This document shows, piece by piece, positions 33,229-45,584 of a stretch of DNA of 64,000 nucleotides (the first letter of the stretch is position 1; each line of letters opens with the position of its first letter). Source of the stretch: Octopus vulgaris (taxonomy: Eukaryota); contig OX597835.1 in NCBI GenBank assembly GCA_951406725.2, positions 4,526,001 to 4,590,000 on the forward strand, in the 5' to 3' direction. A program made the position numbers and the translations under genes. The notes beneath the pieces are model-generated. The model was given only the letters and a program-made list of their open reading frames with translations, did no database searches and was not told the origin of the DNA.

Positions 33229-33364
33229 CTTTATTTAAAGCAGCAGAAAATTCAACAAAACCTGTTACTCTGAGTTTCACGTTGCCGTTCGTCGGACAGT
33301 TTTTGCTAGAAAAACTGTAACAGAGTAACAGGTTTTTTTGAATTTTCTGCTGCTTTAAATAAAG
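33229..33364. repeat. 44-bp inverted repeat enclosing a hammerhead motif
   Basis: Arms 33229-33272 and 33321-33364 with one mismatch, in a (TA)n-flanked element. Confidence 0.9.
33262..33299 (-). ncRNA. Minimal type-I hammerhead motif with U4C core
   Basis: ctgt CCGACGA acg gcaa cgt GAAA ctc a gag TA acag; all three stems pair; GUA cleavage triplet. Confidence 0.7.
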
Positions 33365-33699
33365 TATATATATATATATACATATATATACATATACATA
33401 CATATATATGCACATATATACATATTTGTTTATATACATATATATGTATATATATATTTATATATATATATGTACATATATATAAACATATATATACATA
33501 TATATATAAACACATATATACATATATATATATTTCTTAAACTTGTTTTCAAATAACTTTAATTCAAAATACACACACGCACACACAAACATTTTTTTGT
33601 CTGAATGCACATCCCTCACACACACACACATACACACACACGCACACATATCAACACAAATATAATTTTGGTGCAGAGATTATATATGAACGAATCAAA

Positions 33700-33830
33700 C
33701 TTATTTTAATTAATTTCCTCGTTAATTAATTTCTTTGCCTAATCGTTTTCGTTTGATTCGCTTTTCGCGCCGGTGGTCGCAGCCATCGATGCAGCGACGG
33801 CCTTCGCTCTCGCTCATTAATTTGCATAAT
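33700..33830. promoter_or_regulatory. Candidate enhancer (homeodomain/POU site cluster)
   Basis: TTAATTAA at 33706 and 33722, octamer ATTTGCAT at 33820-33827 within CATTAATTTGCATAAT, CpG-dense unique spacer. Confidence 0.3.
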
Positions 33831-34451
33831 GTTTGTTGTTGTTATTGGTGGTGGTGGTGGTGGTGGTGTGCGGGTGGTGGTGGTGGGGGGAGTGCATCTG
33901 ATGATTATTGTAGTTAATTAGCCCAGGTCAACCCTGACCAAACTGTCCTGTAATCCAAAGGCGATTTGAAGATTTCACCACTGCTTCTAGCAAAACGTAT
34001 GACCATATATATGCAACCCGAAGTGATACGATTGACGATGGTGCTATTGGTGATGGTGATGTTGGTGGTGGTGGTGGTGGTGGTGGTGGTGGTGGTGGTG
34101 GTGGTGGTGGTGGTGGTGGTGGTGGTGGTGGTTCATAAATGCTTCAGTTGTATTTGGTAGCTTTTAGTGGTAATTCCCGTCGTAAAAATACATGTTGCTG
34201 TGGTTACGGCATATTTCTCATTAAAAGTCCACAAACACTACTCTTTAAAGTTTGACATTTTTATTGAACAAATTTGAGAGAAATTATACGCACACGTAGG
34301 CAAATTTTATTTATGTAAATATCCATCCATCCATCCATACATACATACACAGATACATACATACATATGTCTTGGTACGTAAGTACGTATGTATGTATCT
34401 GTGTATGTATGCATATATATGTATGAATACACATATATATATATATATAAT

Positions 34452-34494
34452 TTGATTTGAAAACCCCACTGGAATGGGAGAAAGCGCTAATAAT
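34452..34494 (+). ncRNA. Hammerhead-like motif with U3-A8 core and AGCGCT stem III
   Basis: gat TTGAAAA c ccca ctggaa tggg a GAAA gcgc TA at; second copy at 61972-62008; stem I weak. Confidence 0.45.
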
Positions 34495-34590
34495 CCGAAT
34501 GATATGATCTGAATGATATGATATATATATGTAATATATAAATAAATATCTATAAATATGAACCATCCGATCTTCTGATTACCTCATTTC

Positions 34591-34686
<96 letters not shown>

Positions 34687-34972
34687 CTGCATGTATGTAT
34701 GTATATATATATATATATATATATACATGTAGTATATATGTGTATATAATATATATGTATATATGTATATTCTGTATGTATGTATGTATGTATGTATGTA
34801 TGTGTGTGTGTTTTAATGTCGAATTATACAAGCATTTTACATTAAACCGAAGGATAATTCAATAATATTTATGGATACAAATTTATTATTCTTCAACAAA
34901 AATCGTTTAAATGCATGTACACTAAATATATTCCACACTATATATATCAATATGTGCCTTTATATATATATG

Positions 34973-35062
<90 letters not shown>

Positions 35063-35256
35063 GTAAATACTATGTATGTATATATATATATATATATATA
35101 TACATACACACACACACACATATGCTTATATGGGTACATGACGTCACCAATGGTTCAAACGATATAAAATACGTGAACACAGAGAAAGGACCCTTCATCA
35201 GTTGTCGATTGCCTATCTACTCCTCATTTCATACGTACATACATACATATATATAT

Positions 35257-35349
<93 letters not shown>

Positions 35350-35702
35350 GCTATGTGTATGCGTATGAGTGTATTTGTGATAATAGGGTGTTTGGGCCAA
35401 ATTTGACGATCTGCTTTTTATCTCACCGTTTTTGAGGAATATCATCATTTATTGGTGAACACTAGATTCTGCAGTTGTCTTGAGGCCGTGGTAGAATTTG
35501 GGGACGGCTACCTTGAGTAGATTCTTATCTATCAGCTTATAATTTAGTTGATAATTTTTGATTTTTTAAAATACTTTTATTTTTGGATGGGAGACCGTGT
35601 TCTTTTTTAATTTTTTTTTTCTCCCTATTGTGGAAACTGTCACATTTGGCCCCTGAACATTCATACCAGCGGTGAAGCATCAAAGTCGCCGTCTGTCCTA
35701 CA

Positions 35703-35807
35703 AGGATGAACGGCAAAGTTGACCTCGGCGGAGTTTGAACTCAGAACATAGCGGCAGATGTAAAACCGCTAAGCCCGGTGTGCTAACGATTCTGCCAGCT
35801 CGCCGCC
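35703..35807 (-). mobile_element. SINE family B, 5' part
   Basis: Ends tctgccagctcgccgcc, the reverse complement of the family B start. Confidence 0.8.
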
Positions 35808-36338
35808 TTAAATAATAATGATGATGATGATGATAACAATAACAACAACAACATCAACAATAATACCATCAGACTTAATCTATTACAATTATTGTTCAGA
35901 TATATTTTCTCATATTTTTTCTCCACTTTTCATTCCTCGTTTCATTTTCGCCCTTAAACCCCTAAAACTTCATCGCCAACATTTCCCAGCGCCCTGAATC
36001 TCTGATTTATTGAATACTTAAGACATATCTTTCTTTCACATCGTCCTTATCTCGAGATGACTCAACGATTTCATTGAGGGGATTAATTGAAATACGGCAG
36101 ATTGCTTTCTAGCATCGAGTGCCCATGTGAAGACAGTTTAATAGTTTCATTGAGTCTTAATGGCTTTTGTGTGTGTCTCTGGACCGAGATTTGGTGTCGT
36201 CGGGTTTTGATTCTTCTTAAACCTGATCCCCTTCATTAACAATGATTGCCAACAAAACACGCCGGATTATCAACAACAACAGCAACAAAAACAACTACTA
36301 CTACTACTACTACTAAATAAAGATTATATGGAATAAAC

Positions 36339-36445
36339 AGACTTTGCCTTTCATCCTTTCGGGGTCGATTAAAATAAATACCAGTTACGCACTGGGGATC
36401 GATGTAATCGATTTAATCCCTTCCCCCAAATTTGAGGCCTTGTAC
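36339..36445 (+). mobile_element. SINE family B, central fragment
   Basis: gactttgcctttcatcctttcggggtcgat...cagttacgcactggg. Confidence 0.75.
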
Positions 36446-36453
36446 ATCCAGTA

Positions 36454-36524
<71 letters not shown>

Positions 36525-36640
36525 ATTATCATTATTATTATTATTAGTAGTAGTAGTAATTATAGTAGTTGTAGTAGTCGTAGCAGTATCAGCAGTAGCA
36601 ACAGCAGCAGTAGTAGTAGTAGTTGTAGTAGTAGTAGTAA

Positions 36641-36695
<55 letters not shown>

Positions 36696-36933
36696 TGAAG
36701 GGCAACAATACGCTAATTGTTAATGTTGGTGTCGTTGTATGGAGAGAGATCAAGTCTCACTGAACGGATCCCAGATCAAAGGTCCACCCCAGCTGCCGAT
36801 GCAGACCCCTAATCGTCTTTGGCTCTCACAGCACGTACTTGCATCTTTAATCACTCCACTATCACATGTTACAGAGAGCTTGGAACGCACTGCCGCTAAA
36901 ATATGCGTGTGTATGCGTAAGCGTGTATTTATG

Positions 36934-37170
36934 TACTCTGGGTTTTTTTTTATGTTTCAGTCATTTGACTGTGACCACGCTGGAGCACCGCTTTAAAAGG
37001 TTTAATTCGAAGAAATTGTCATCAGGGCTTTTTTTTTTTTTTGTCAACCTAGTGCTTATTCTATCGTCTATTTTGCCGAACCACTGTTACGGGGACGTAA
37101 ACACACCAACATCGGTCGACAAACCATGATGGGGGAACAGACACAGGCACAAAGGCACACACACATAACT
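36934..37170 (-). mobile_element. SINE family A, 3' part, diverged
   Basis: gtttcagtcatttgactgtgaccacgctggagcaccg...ggggacgtaaacacacc. Confidence 0.75.
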
Positions 37171-37382
37171 ATATATACATACATATATGTGTGTGTGTGT
37201 AGACTTACTTGGAAATGGATGCGTCGCGTTCAATCAAATAATAATATATCTATATATCTATGTATCTATATATCTATATATCTATGTATATGTGTGTATA
37301 TATATATAATATGAGGGAATATTATTCCAAACTTACAGGGAAAGATTCAATTTAGAAATACTAAATCAAATTTCACAAAATA

Positions 37383-37523
37383 TAAGGTTGTCCCAAAAGT
37401 TCGTAGAAAGTCTTGGAAAATAATGGTCTTTATTTTGAGGAATAATTTTTGTTGTTTTTGTTAGTACTTGGCGAGTAAAAATTCAATTTTCGCAAGTGTT
37501 TACGAACTTTTGGGACAACCTAA
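37383..37523. mobile_element. Tc1/mariner-type MITE (141 bp)
   Basis: 23-bp TIRs t(a/t)aggttgtcccaaaagttcgta with TA on both sides; nested in a repeat also present at 7941-8010. Confidence 0.85.
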
Positions 37524-37527
37524 TATA

Positions 37528-37590
<63 letters not shown>

Positions 37591-37595
<5 letters not shown>

Positions 37596-37867
37596 TAGAA
37601 AAAAACCCACCTTTTATCAATTCAATAATGAAAAATTAAATTATACCATTTAGAAAAATTACATATTATAGAAAGATTAAATATAAGATAAAACATATAA
37701 CAATGATTACGTAATGTGCAAAATAATTAATAAAACGTATATATTTGGTATATATTTTGCATATTACTTAATCTTTGTTATATGTTTCTATAATATGGAA
37801 TTTTCTAAACGGCACAATTTAATTTTTCATTATTGAATTGATAAAAGGTGGGGTTTTTTCTAATTTA

Positions 37868-37868
<1 letters not shown>
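37591..37868. repeat. About 280-bp AT-rich fold-back element in (TA)n
   Basis: taaattagaaaaaaacccaccttttatcaattcaataatgaaaaattaaatt mirrored at the right end; a single-arm copy at about 42286-42345. Confidence 0.85.
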
Positions 37869-37926
<58 letters not shown>

Positions 37927-38023
37927 CGGGAAGCTTTATGAAAATAAACAAAAGACGAAGGCAGGTGGAGTACAAACAAACAATTGTATTAGTATGGCGA
38001 TCAGGAATATAAATAAAACAAGT

Positions 38024-38059
38024 CTTTTACGTTTCGAGCCTACGCTCTTCAACAGAAAG
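38024..38059 (-). ncRNA. Minimal type-I hammerhead motif, A6U core, ACGT stem III
   Basis: cttt CTGTTGA a gagc gtag gctc GAAA cg TA aaag; perfect stems I and II. Confidence 0.7.
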
Positions 38060-38079
38060 ATACACAGAAAAGAAACACG

Positions 38080-38140
<61 letters not shown>

Positions 38141-38179
38141 GCACACACACACATATATATATATATATTTGTACACACA

Positions 38180-38310
38180 CCAGGCTCCTTTCAGTTTCTG
38201 TCTACTTAACCACTGACAAGTCTTCAATTTGTCCGAGGCTGTTGGAGAAGACATTTGCCCCAAGGTGCTGCGCAGTGTGACTGAACCTGGAACCACGTGA
38301 TTGGGAAGCA
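38180..38310 (-). mobile_element. SINE family A, 5' fragment
   Basis: gaagacatttgccccaaggtgctgcgcagtgtgactgaacctggaacc. Confidence 0.7.
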
Positions 38311-39082
38311 ACCCATCGAGGTCAGCTTCCTCCTTTTTATTTTTTTCCAGGGTCGATATAATAAAAAGAACCAAGCAGGTACTACTATCATTGATTATCC
38401 TCTTTTAATGAGAACCGGTTGAGCCGTGAGAAGGGCCAAAGTGAGTGTGGTGGGGTGGGGTGGTGGAGGTTGGGGAGTGCGAGGGGGCAGTGTGGGAGTT
38501 CGGGGGGGGGGGGGGCAGTGGGGCAGGTAATGAGCAATGAGACAAAACCGCAACACCGCAGTCACAATAAGTGGTAACAAACTTCACACTTGGCAATTCT
38601 TGTCAAAGAGTCCGGCGAACAGAAGCACAGCACCAACACAATATATACACACATGATTGATATATAATGCATTTAATAATATGGTTTGTGTGTATGTGTA
38701 TGTTCATGCAGTATATAATTGTCTTCTAATTGGTTTAAATAAATGAATATATGAATATATAAATTGATGTCGTATGAAAACAACACGTTTTGTTGAGTTC
38801 ATCACAACAGCTGCCGTTAAACAGATCAATCACTGTCTCTTCTCTGCCTTTAACACCACATGTCTCTCTTCCTCCTCCTCTCTCTCTCTCTTTCTCTCGC
38901 ACTTTCTCTCTTTATCTCTCTCCCTCTCTTTGTCCTTGGCTCTGTGCTGGTAGTGCAGAAGGCGAATATGGTTATTGGTATGGCCCGCTTGGCCCACATA
39001 TCACCGACTCCTGATGGACTCAGCTATTGACTTGTTCGTTGACTCTGTATAATTCTATTCTGCATCTTCTGCTTTACACGTG

Positions 39083-39120
<38 letters not shown>

Positions 39121-39202
39121 CGTGTGTGTGCGCGCGTGCATGTGTGTGTGTGTGTGCGTGTGTGTGTGTGCGTGTGTGTGTGTGGGTGTGTGTGTGTGTG
39201 TA

Positions 39203-39400
39203 GACACAGGCGTGGCTGTGAGGTAATAAGCTTGCATCCCATTCACATGGCTCAGGGTTCAGTTCCACTGCATGGCACCTTGGCCAAGTGACTTTTACAA
39301 TAGCCTTGAGCCAACGAAAGCCTTGTGAGTGATTTGGTAGACAGATACTGAAAGAAGCCCGTTGTATATATGTATGTGTGTGTGCGTGTCTGTATTTGAA
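39203..39400 (+). mobile_element. SINE family A, 5' half
   Basis: caggcgtggctgtgaggtaa...gggttcagttccactgcatggcaccttgg...gaaagaagcccgttgta. Confidence 0.8.
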
Positions 39401-39401
39401 T

Positions 39402-39437
<36 letters not shown>

Positions 39438-39510
39438 TCATACATACACATACATGTATTTCCATATACATATGTGTGTGTATATATGTATATAGATATT
39501 TATCCATACA

Positions 39511-39542
<32 letters not shown>

Positions 39543-39808
39543 CATATATATATATGAATATATATATATATATGCATTCATGCATACACACACCCCTACA
39601 TATACATACATACATACACAAACGCACACGTATACTTGGAGATGGAGAGAAGGGGGGAGAGAGAGAGAGAGAAAGAGTGAGAGAGGGGGGCTTAATGACC
39701 GAATGAGTGATCTACTGCTTCTTACCATTTTACTCTTGTATACAACTCCAACAACAACAATAACAATAAAATCATAGATGGTTTTAGAGCAATGCAGTGA
39801 GAGATTGC

Positions 39809-39840
<32 letters not shown>

Positions 39841-40712
39841 CGTGGAAACAAGGGAAATGAAACAAGGGAAATGAAAGAAAACAAAAAAAGAAGAAAAAGA
39901 AATCCAAGTAAACAAAAATCTGCCCCAAACTGGGGGGGAGCTCGAAAATCCTGGAAACCCCACGAAATGACGATCATCTTCACAACTAAAGCAAGTAACC
40001 TCTCCCTGGTGCCTTCCAATCTACAGGCGCATGCCCAGAACCGGCCCATCCATTTGGACCCATGTTCGCCCCTCTCATCCACCCCCTAATAAATTTGCTG
40101 GGAGGCAGCCCCCCCCCCCCCTCGCCACCCTCTCTATATGATGAGGATAATAAATATCAGGATGATTTGAAGATGATGATGATGATGAGGAGGAGGAGGA
40201 GGAAGAGGAAGAAGAAGAAGAAGAAGAAGAAGAAGAAGAAGAAGCAGATGAGGCGGGGAGGAGAAGGAAGGGGAGGAGAAGGAGGGATGAAGAATAATAA
40301 TAATAAGAAGAAGACGAAGAGGAGGAGGAGGGAGAGGAGGAGGAGGGAGAGGAGGAGGAGGCGGAGAAGGCGGAAGACAACAGCAACGATAGTTCTAACT
40401 AATAATAATGTCCAGTGCACGTTGGTAGTTTATGTGACCACGGCCGCCTCGCTTTCGATCCATCTGTTCCCAGGATCTAATTTCCATCTCGCTGGCCACA
40501 TTCCATCTGTTTTCTGGATCTTATTTCTCTCTCTCGTCTCTTAAATAATTTTCTTGTCGTTCTTCGCTTTTCCTTTCTGTACTCTGTCTTCGGTTTCAAC
40601 AATAAGGTATGTCTGCACACACACACACGCGCATATGCAAGTCTGTCTGCGTATCTATGCATATGTATATGAGTGTATGTGTATGTATGTATGTGTGTGT
40701 GCATACACACAC

Positions 40713-40790
<78 letters not shown>

Positions 40791-40803
40791 ATATCTATAT
40801 GCA

Positions 40804-41193
40804 TACTCTTTTACTCTTTTACTTGTTTCAGTCATTTGACTGTGGCCATGCTGGAGCACCGCCTTTAGTCCAGGACTTATTCTTTGTAAGCCCAGTACTT
40901 ATTCTATCGGTCTCTTTTGCTGAACCGCTAAGTGACGGGGACGTAAACACACCAGCATCGGTTGTCAAGCAATGCTATGGGGACAAACACAGACACACAA
41001 ACACACACACACATACATATGTATATATACATATATACGACAGGCTTCTTTCAGTTTCCGTCTACCAAATCCACTCACAAGGCATTGGTCGGCCCGGGGC
41101 TATAGCAGAAGACACTTGCCCAAGATGGCACGCAGTGGGACTGAACCCGGAACCATGTGGCTGGTTAGCAAGCTACTTACTACACAGCCACTC
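40804..41193 (-). mobile_element. SINE family A, near full length
   Basis: Closely similar to 54479-54891. Confidence 0.9.
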
Positions 41194-41206
41194 GATAATA
41201 GGTGTT

Positions 41207-41273
<67 letters not shown>

Positions 41274-41360
41274 GTAGGTCCCGGGTTGATTCGGGGTTAA
41301 CCACAGTAAATAAGTACTCAATACATAGCAGAGTAAAATTAATTTATTATATAGAAGGAG

Positions 41361-41407
41361 CTTCTACAGGACTAGAACTGTTTCATTCTAGAGAAATCTT
41401 CAGGAAG
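41361..41407 (-). ncRNA. Type-I hammerhead motif, canonical core, at the centre of a fold-back
   Basis: cttc CTGAAGA t ttc tcta gaa t GAAA cag ttctagtc ctg TA gaag, followed on the same strand by AATAAA and (TA)n. Confidence 0.7.
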
Positions 41408-41447
41408 ATTTCTCTAGAATGAAACAGATTGTAAACTCCTTCTATAT

Positions 41448-41510
<63 letters not shown>

Positions 41511-41747
41511 TACACTGAGTCAAGTAAAAATCCTTTTTAGAGTTTTAAACATAGAACTTAATGGAGCAAACGTAAATTGTACAAAATCTTGAGACTGATG
41601 CTGCCCCCTTTCTGCCCTCTTTCTCATCCAGGCCTTCTTCCTTCTGAGAATCCCATCAATAAAGATTGGTTATGTCAATTTTTCTGCAAGGAGTGACCAA
41701 CGATACGGCAACATAATACATACATATAATACATATACATGTATATG

Positions 41748-41806
<59 letters not shown>

Positions 41807-41865
41807 TTATATGTGCATGTGTGCCGGTATGCATGTAGGTGTATATACAAAAATATGTGCATGTA

Positions 41866-41960
<95 letters not shown>

Positions 41961-42096
41961 GCGTTTTCTGTCCAAATGACTTTCTGCCAAATATTTGCAA
42001 GCTTTTCTGTATAGTTTTATGTCTGCTTCGAGATCCCATCCCAAAAGAGAATTGTTTCACGTTCTCTCGAAAATTAGTGGATTCTTATGACGTCAT

Positions 42097-42181
<85 letters not shown>

Positions 42182-42347
42182 GTATACATATATATATATA
42201 TATATATACATACATAAATATATATACATATATACATACATATATACATACATACATATGTGTGTCTATATATATATATATATATAAATTAGGAAAAAGC
42301 ACCTTTTATCAATTCAAAATGAACAATTAAATTACATCCTCTACATA

Positions 42348-42384
<37 letters not shown>

Positions 42385-42414
42385 GCCTTATATAGATACA
42401 TACATACATCATAT

Positions 42415-42506
<92 letters not shown>

Positions 42507-42599
42507 CATACATATGTGTGTATGTGTGTGTATATATATATGTGTGTGTGTGCGCGCGCGCGTATGTGTGTTTGTGTATATAACTATGTGTGTGTATAT

Positions 42600-42778
42600 C
42601 TTTAAGTCTGTGTTTGTCTCGACCACTATCACCGCTTGACGACCGATATTGGTGTGTTTACGTCCCCGTAATGAATACTAGGCGTTAAAAAACGTTCTGG
42701 TGGGGGGTCGATTTATTCGACTAAAACCCTCCAAGAGGGTGCTCCAGCATGGCTGCAGCCAAATGACTGAAACAAGTA
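42600..42778 (+). mobile_element. SINE family A, 3' half
   Basis: ggtgtgtttacgtccccgtaa...gtgctccagcatggctgcagccaaatgactgaaacaagta. Confidence 0.75.
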
Positions 42779-42807
42779 TGTATGTATATGCGTGCATGTA
42801 CGTGCGT

Positions 42808-42868
<61 letters not shown>

Positions 42869-44149
42869 GATTGCCTCTCTTATCACATCCATCTATCTAT
42901 CTTTCTATCTATAAACAGAAGTGTGATCAAGAGGGAAAGGAAACATGAGCGAATCAAAGAGTGAACGAGAGAAAGAGAGAGAGAGTGAGATAAGGAGAGA
43001 GAGAGAGAGAGAGAGAAAGAAAGAAAGTGATAGAGAAAGCAAAGAGGTGGGGTGGGGTGAACGGAAAACGAGAATATGAAGGGAAATTAAAAAGCAAAAC
43101 TGTAGGGATGGGTGAAGGGGGGTAAATAAGGAAAACATTATTGATGATGATGGTAGTGGTGGTGGTGGTTGGGTCAACATGTGATGTGGAGGCAAAAAGG
43201 GAACATCCGTGGTTAGAACTGACGCCATAAGTTTTAACGAGTCTCGGCAATTAATTCTAGGACAATTTATCCAACTCCGCCCCCATCACACCCTAGAACC
43301 TCCCTGTTCCACTCGCGAATAGGGGACGATCCCAGTGGGTCCAATTGATTATTCATTATCGTTAATTATCCATAAAGCTTTAGAATTATTTATTCATTTC
43401 CAAGTTTCTTGAACAGAAATTCATTCGTTTCCTAAACAACTTCCCCCCCCATCACCACCACTTTTGTCACACCCAACACTGCTAACACCGCCGTCACCAC
43501 CACCGATACTACTACCTCTGTCAGCACTAATACCACCACCACCACCACCACCATTACCACCACCGACACAAATACTATCACCGTTGTCAGCAGTATTCCT
43601 ACTAGAGCAATAGGGACAGTTTTGTATATGTGTAGATATGTGAATGTATGCACATACATACGCACACACACACATACACGCATGCATACACGCATGCACA
43701 TACACACACACACACACACACATGCATACACGCATGCATACACACACACACATGCATACACGCATGCACACACACAATATTTAAGCGTTTCATATATATG
43801 AACTGAGAACCATCGACCAGCAGAGGGGTTTCCAAGCAATTTGTATATAAAAACTCCCTCCAGGAGCGCTTAAAGTTGGAAAAAAAAAACAGAAGGGAGA
43901 GAACTCTAATAAACTCCGTTGACTAAAGTTTCGAAAGAAGACATTTCGATTTTATGAAACCTCTTTAGCGATATAATCTACATAGATGAATAGGATTAAG
44001 AGTGATTAACGGATATAGAAACAAAGAAAATGTTATAAATCAGAAGGCGAAGGGTCAAGGAGCAGTCGAAGCCCACAAATGATAGGATGTCACGTAGGTT
44101 TTGCTTTGTTTTCTTTGTAAGTTGTTGAGGTTTGAGGGCTGAGCATTGC

Positions 44150-44870
44150 TCAGAACTGCTGCACCGGTGAGCTTCGTGTTGTTCATGCTCTATTAAAATG
44201 GCTTCGAGTCATTACCTGCAGGAAAGACATTCGAGGATTCCAGAGGTTCGATATATGGTGGGGAACAAGTGTGGAGGCGTTTAAACGCACCAACAGTAAC
44301 AGGATTTGGAAAGGTGCTTGGGTCAAAGGTGCTTGAGAAAGGAGCTTGGGTCATGACTTGGAAAGGTGCTTGGGTCAAAGGTACTTGGGTCAAAGGTGCT
44401 TGAGAAAGGAGCTTGGGTCAAGACTTGGAAAGGTGCTTGGGTCAAAGGTGCTTGAGAAAGGAGCTTGGGCCAAGACGTGGAAAGGTGCTTGGGTCAAAGG
44501 TGCTTGAGAAAGGAGCTGGGGTCAAGACTTGGAAAGGTGCTTGGAAAAGGTGCTTGGGTCAAGGTGGAGATAAAAACCGGTCAGCTCTGGGGAACAGAGG
44601 CCATTACAGAAGTCACAGACGAGATAAAAGAGGGAAGAGAGAGCGCGTCGGTGCCCCGGCAGTTGAAGTGTCTCCATTACAGATTGAATGCTATTCAGCC
44701 GAGCGGCCCTTCTTTGAATGAGGTCTGGAATGGTTTGTAAGGAGCAGCAACATTGTTTCGGGTGGTGGGAGCAGCACTCACTTGGGCCTTGCAGAGTATC
44801 AGTAGCTGTTCGGAGCTGGTATAATATCAAACCTGAAAACAATACCCAGTCTTCGGGGGTGCGCTCCTAC
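44150..44870 (-). mobile_element. CR1/Jockey-like LINE 3' fragment
   Basis: EQLLILCKAQV, IQRRAARL, LQLPGHRRALSSL...CNGLCSPEL, SNVFPA: typical post-RT C-terminus. Confidence 0.7.
44306..44565. repeat. 52-bp minisatellite built from 13-15-bp AAAGGTGCTTGGGTC subunits (about 4.7 copies)
   Basis: Units start at 44306, 44358 (extra 15-mer), 44425, 44477 and 44529. Confidence 0.92.
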
Positions 44871-45191
44871 TTATCGACATTGTGAATCAGAATGACCAGT
44901 AACCCAATGTGAACGAGAATTGCTCCATAATTAAAAAAACTAAAATTTAGATGGATTAGTGTTTGTAAATGAAAAGGAGGACTGTTGGCCTACGAAAAGA
45001 AAAATCCTTAGATTACGTTTCATTTGTATCAAAATCGGATTTTTGAATAGCGTAACATTGAGATTTTTTGAGAAAACTATGTACAATCTATATTTTAAAG
45101 TTCCTTAAGGCTGTTATGCTATTCGAAAAACCTATAACAGATTATACGAAACGTCTATAGTTCGTGGGAGAGAAAAATTTTTTATATATAA

Positions 45192-45584
45192 CTAGCGGTA
45201 TCGCCCGGCGTTGCTCGGGTTTGTAAGGGAAATAACTATAAAGCATTTTTAGAGATTTATAGCAAAAAAATAGCAAAAAATGCATTAAAAATGAAAAAAA
45301 AATTATGGTAAATTTTTTTTTAAATCGTTGACTCATCGTAGACATTTTTAGAGAGTTACTTCCCATATATTTAAAAAATATGCATTAAAATGGAAAAAAA
45401 TGATGGTAAATTATTTTTAAAATCGTAGACTCATCGTAGACGCGCGCTAATACCCAGAAGGGCTCAATATGAATCACGACTATAAGATACCCGGTTTTGA
45501 TTAAACTGCACCGCAAAATGTGGGAGTAGTTAGGAATCTAAATCGGAGTAGACAGACACACAACCTTACTTTTATATATAAAGA
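45192..45584 (-). mobile_element. Non-autonomous Helitron
   Basis: 5' TCTTTATATATAAAAG, 3' hairpin cccgagcaacgccggg then CTAG, inserted between A and T with no TSD; internal tandem duplication. Confidence 0.88.

Noticed and set aside
38445-38525. G-quadruplex-capable G-runs
   Set aside because: Low-complexity G tracts are common here and there is no functional evidence.
44306-44565. CRISPR-like periodicity
   Set aside because: No unique spacers, eukaryotic context, no cas genes.
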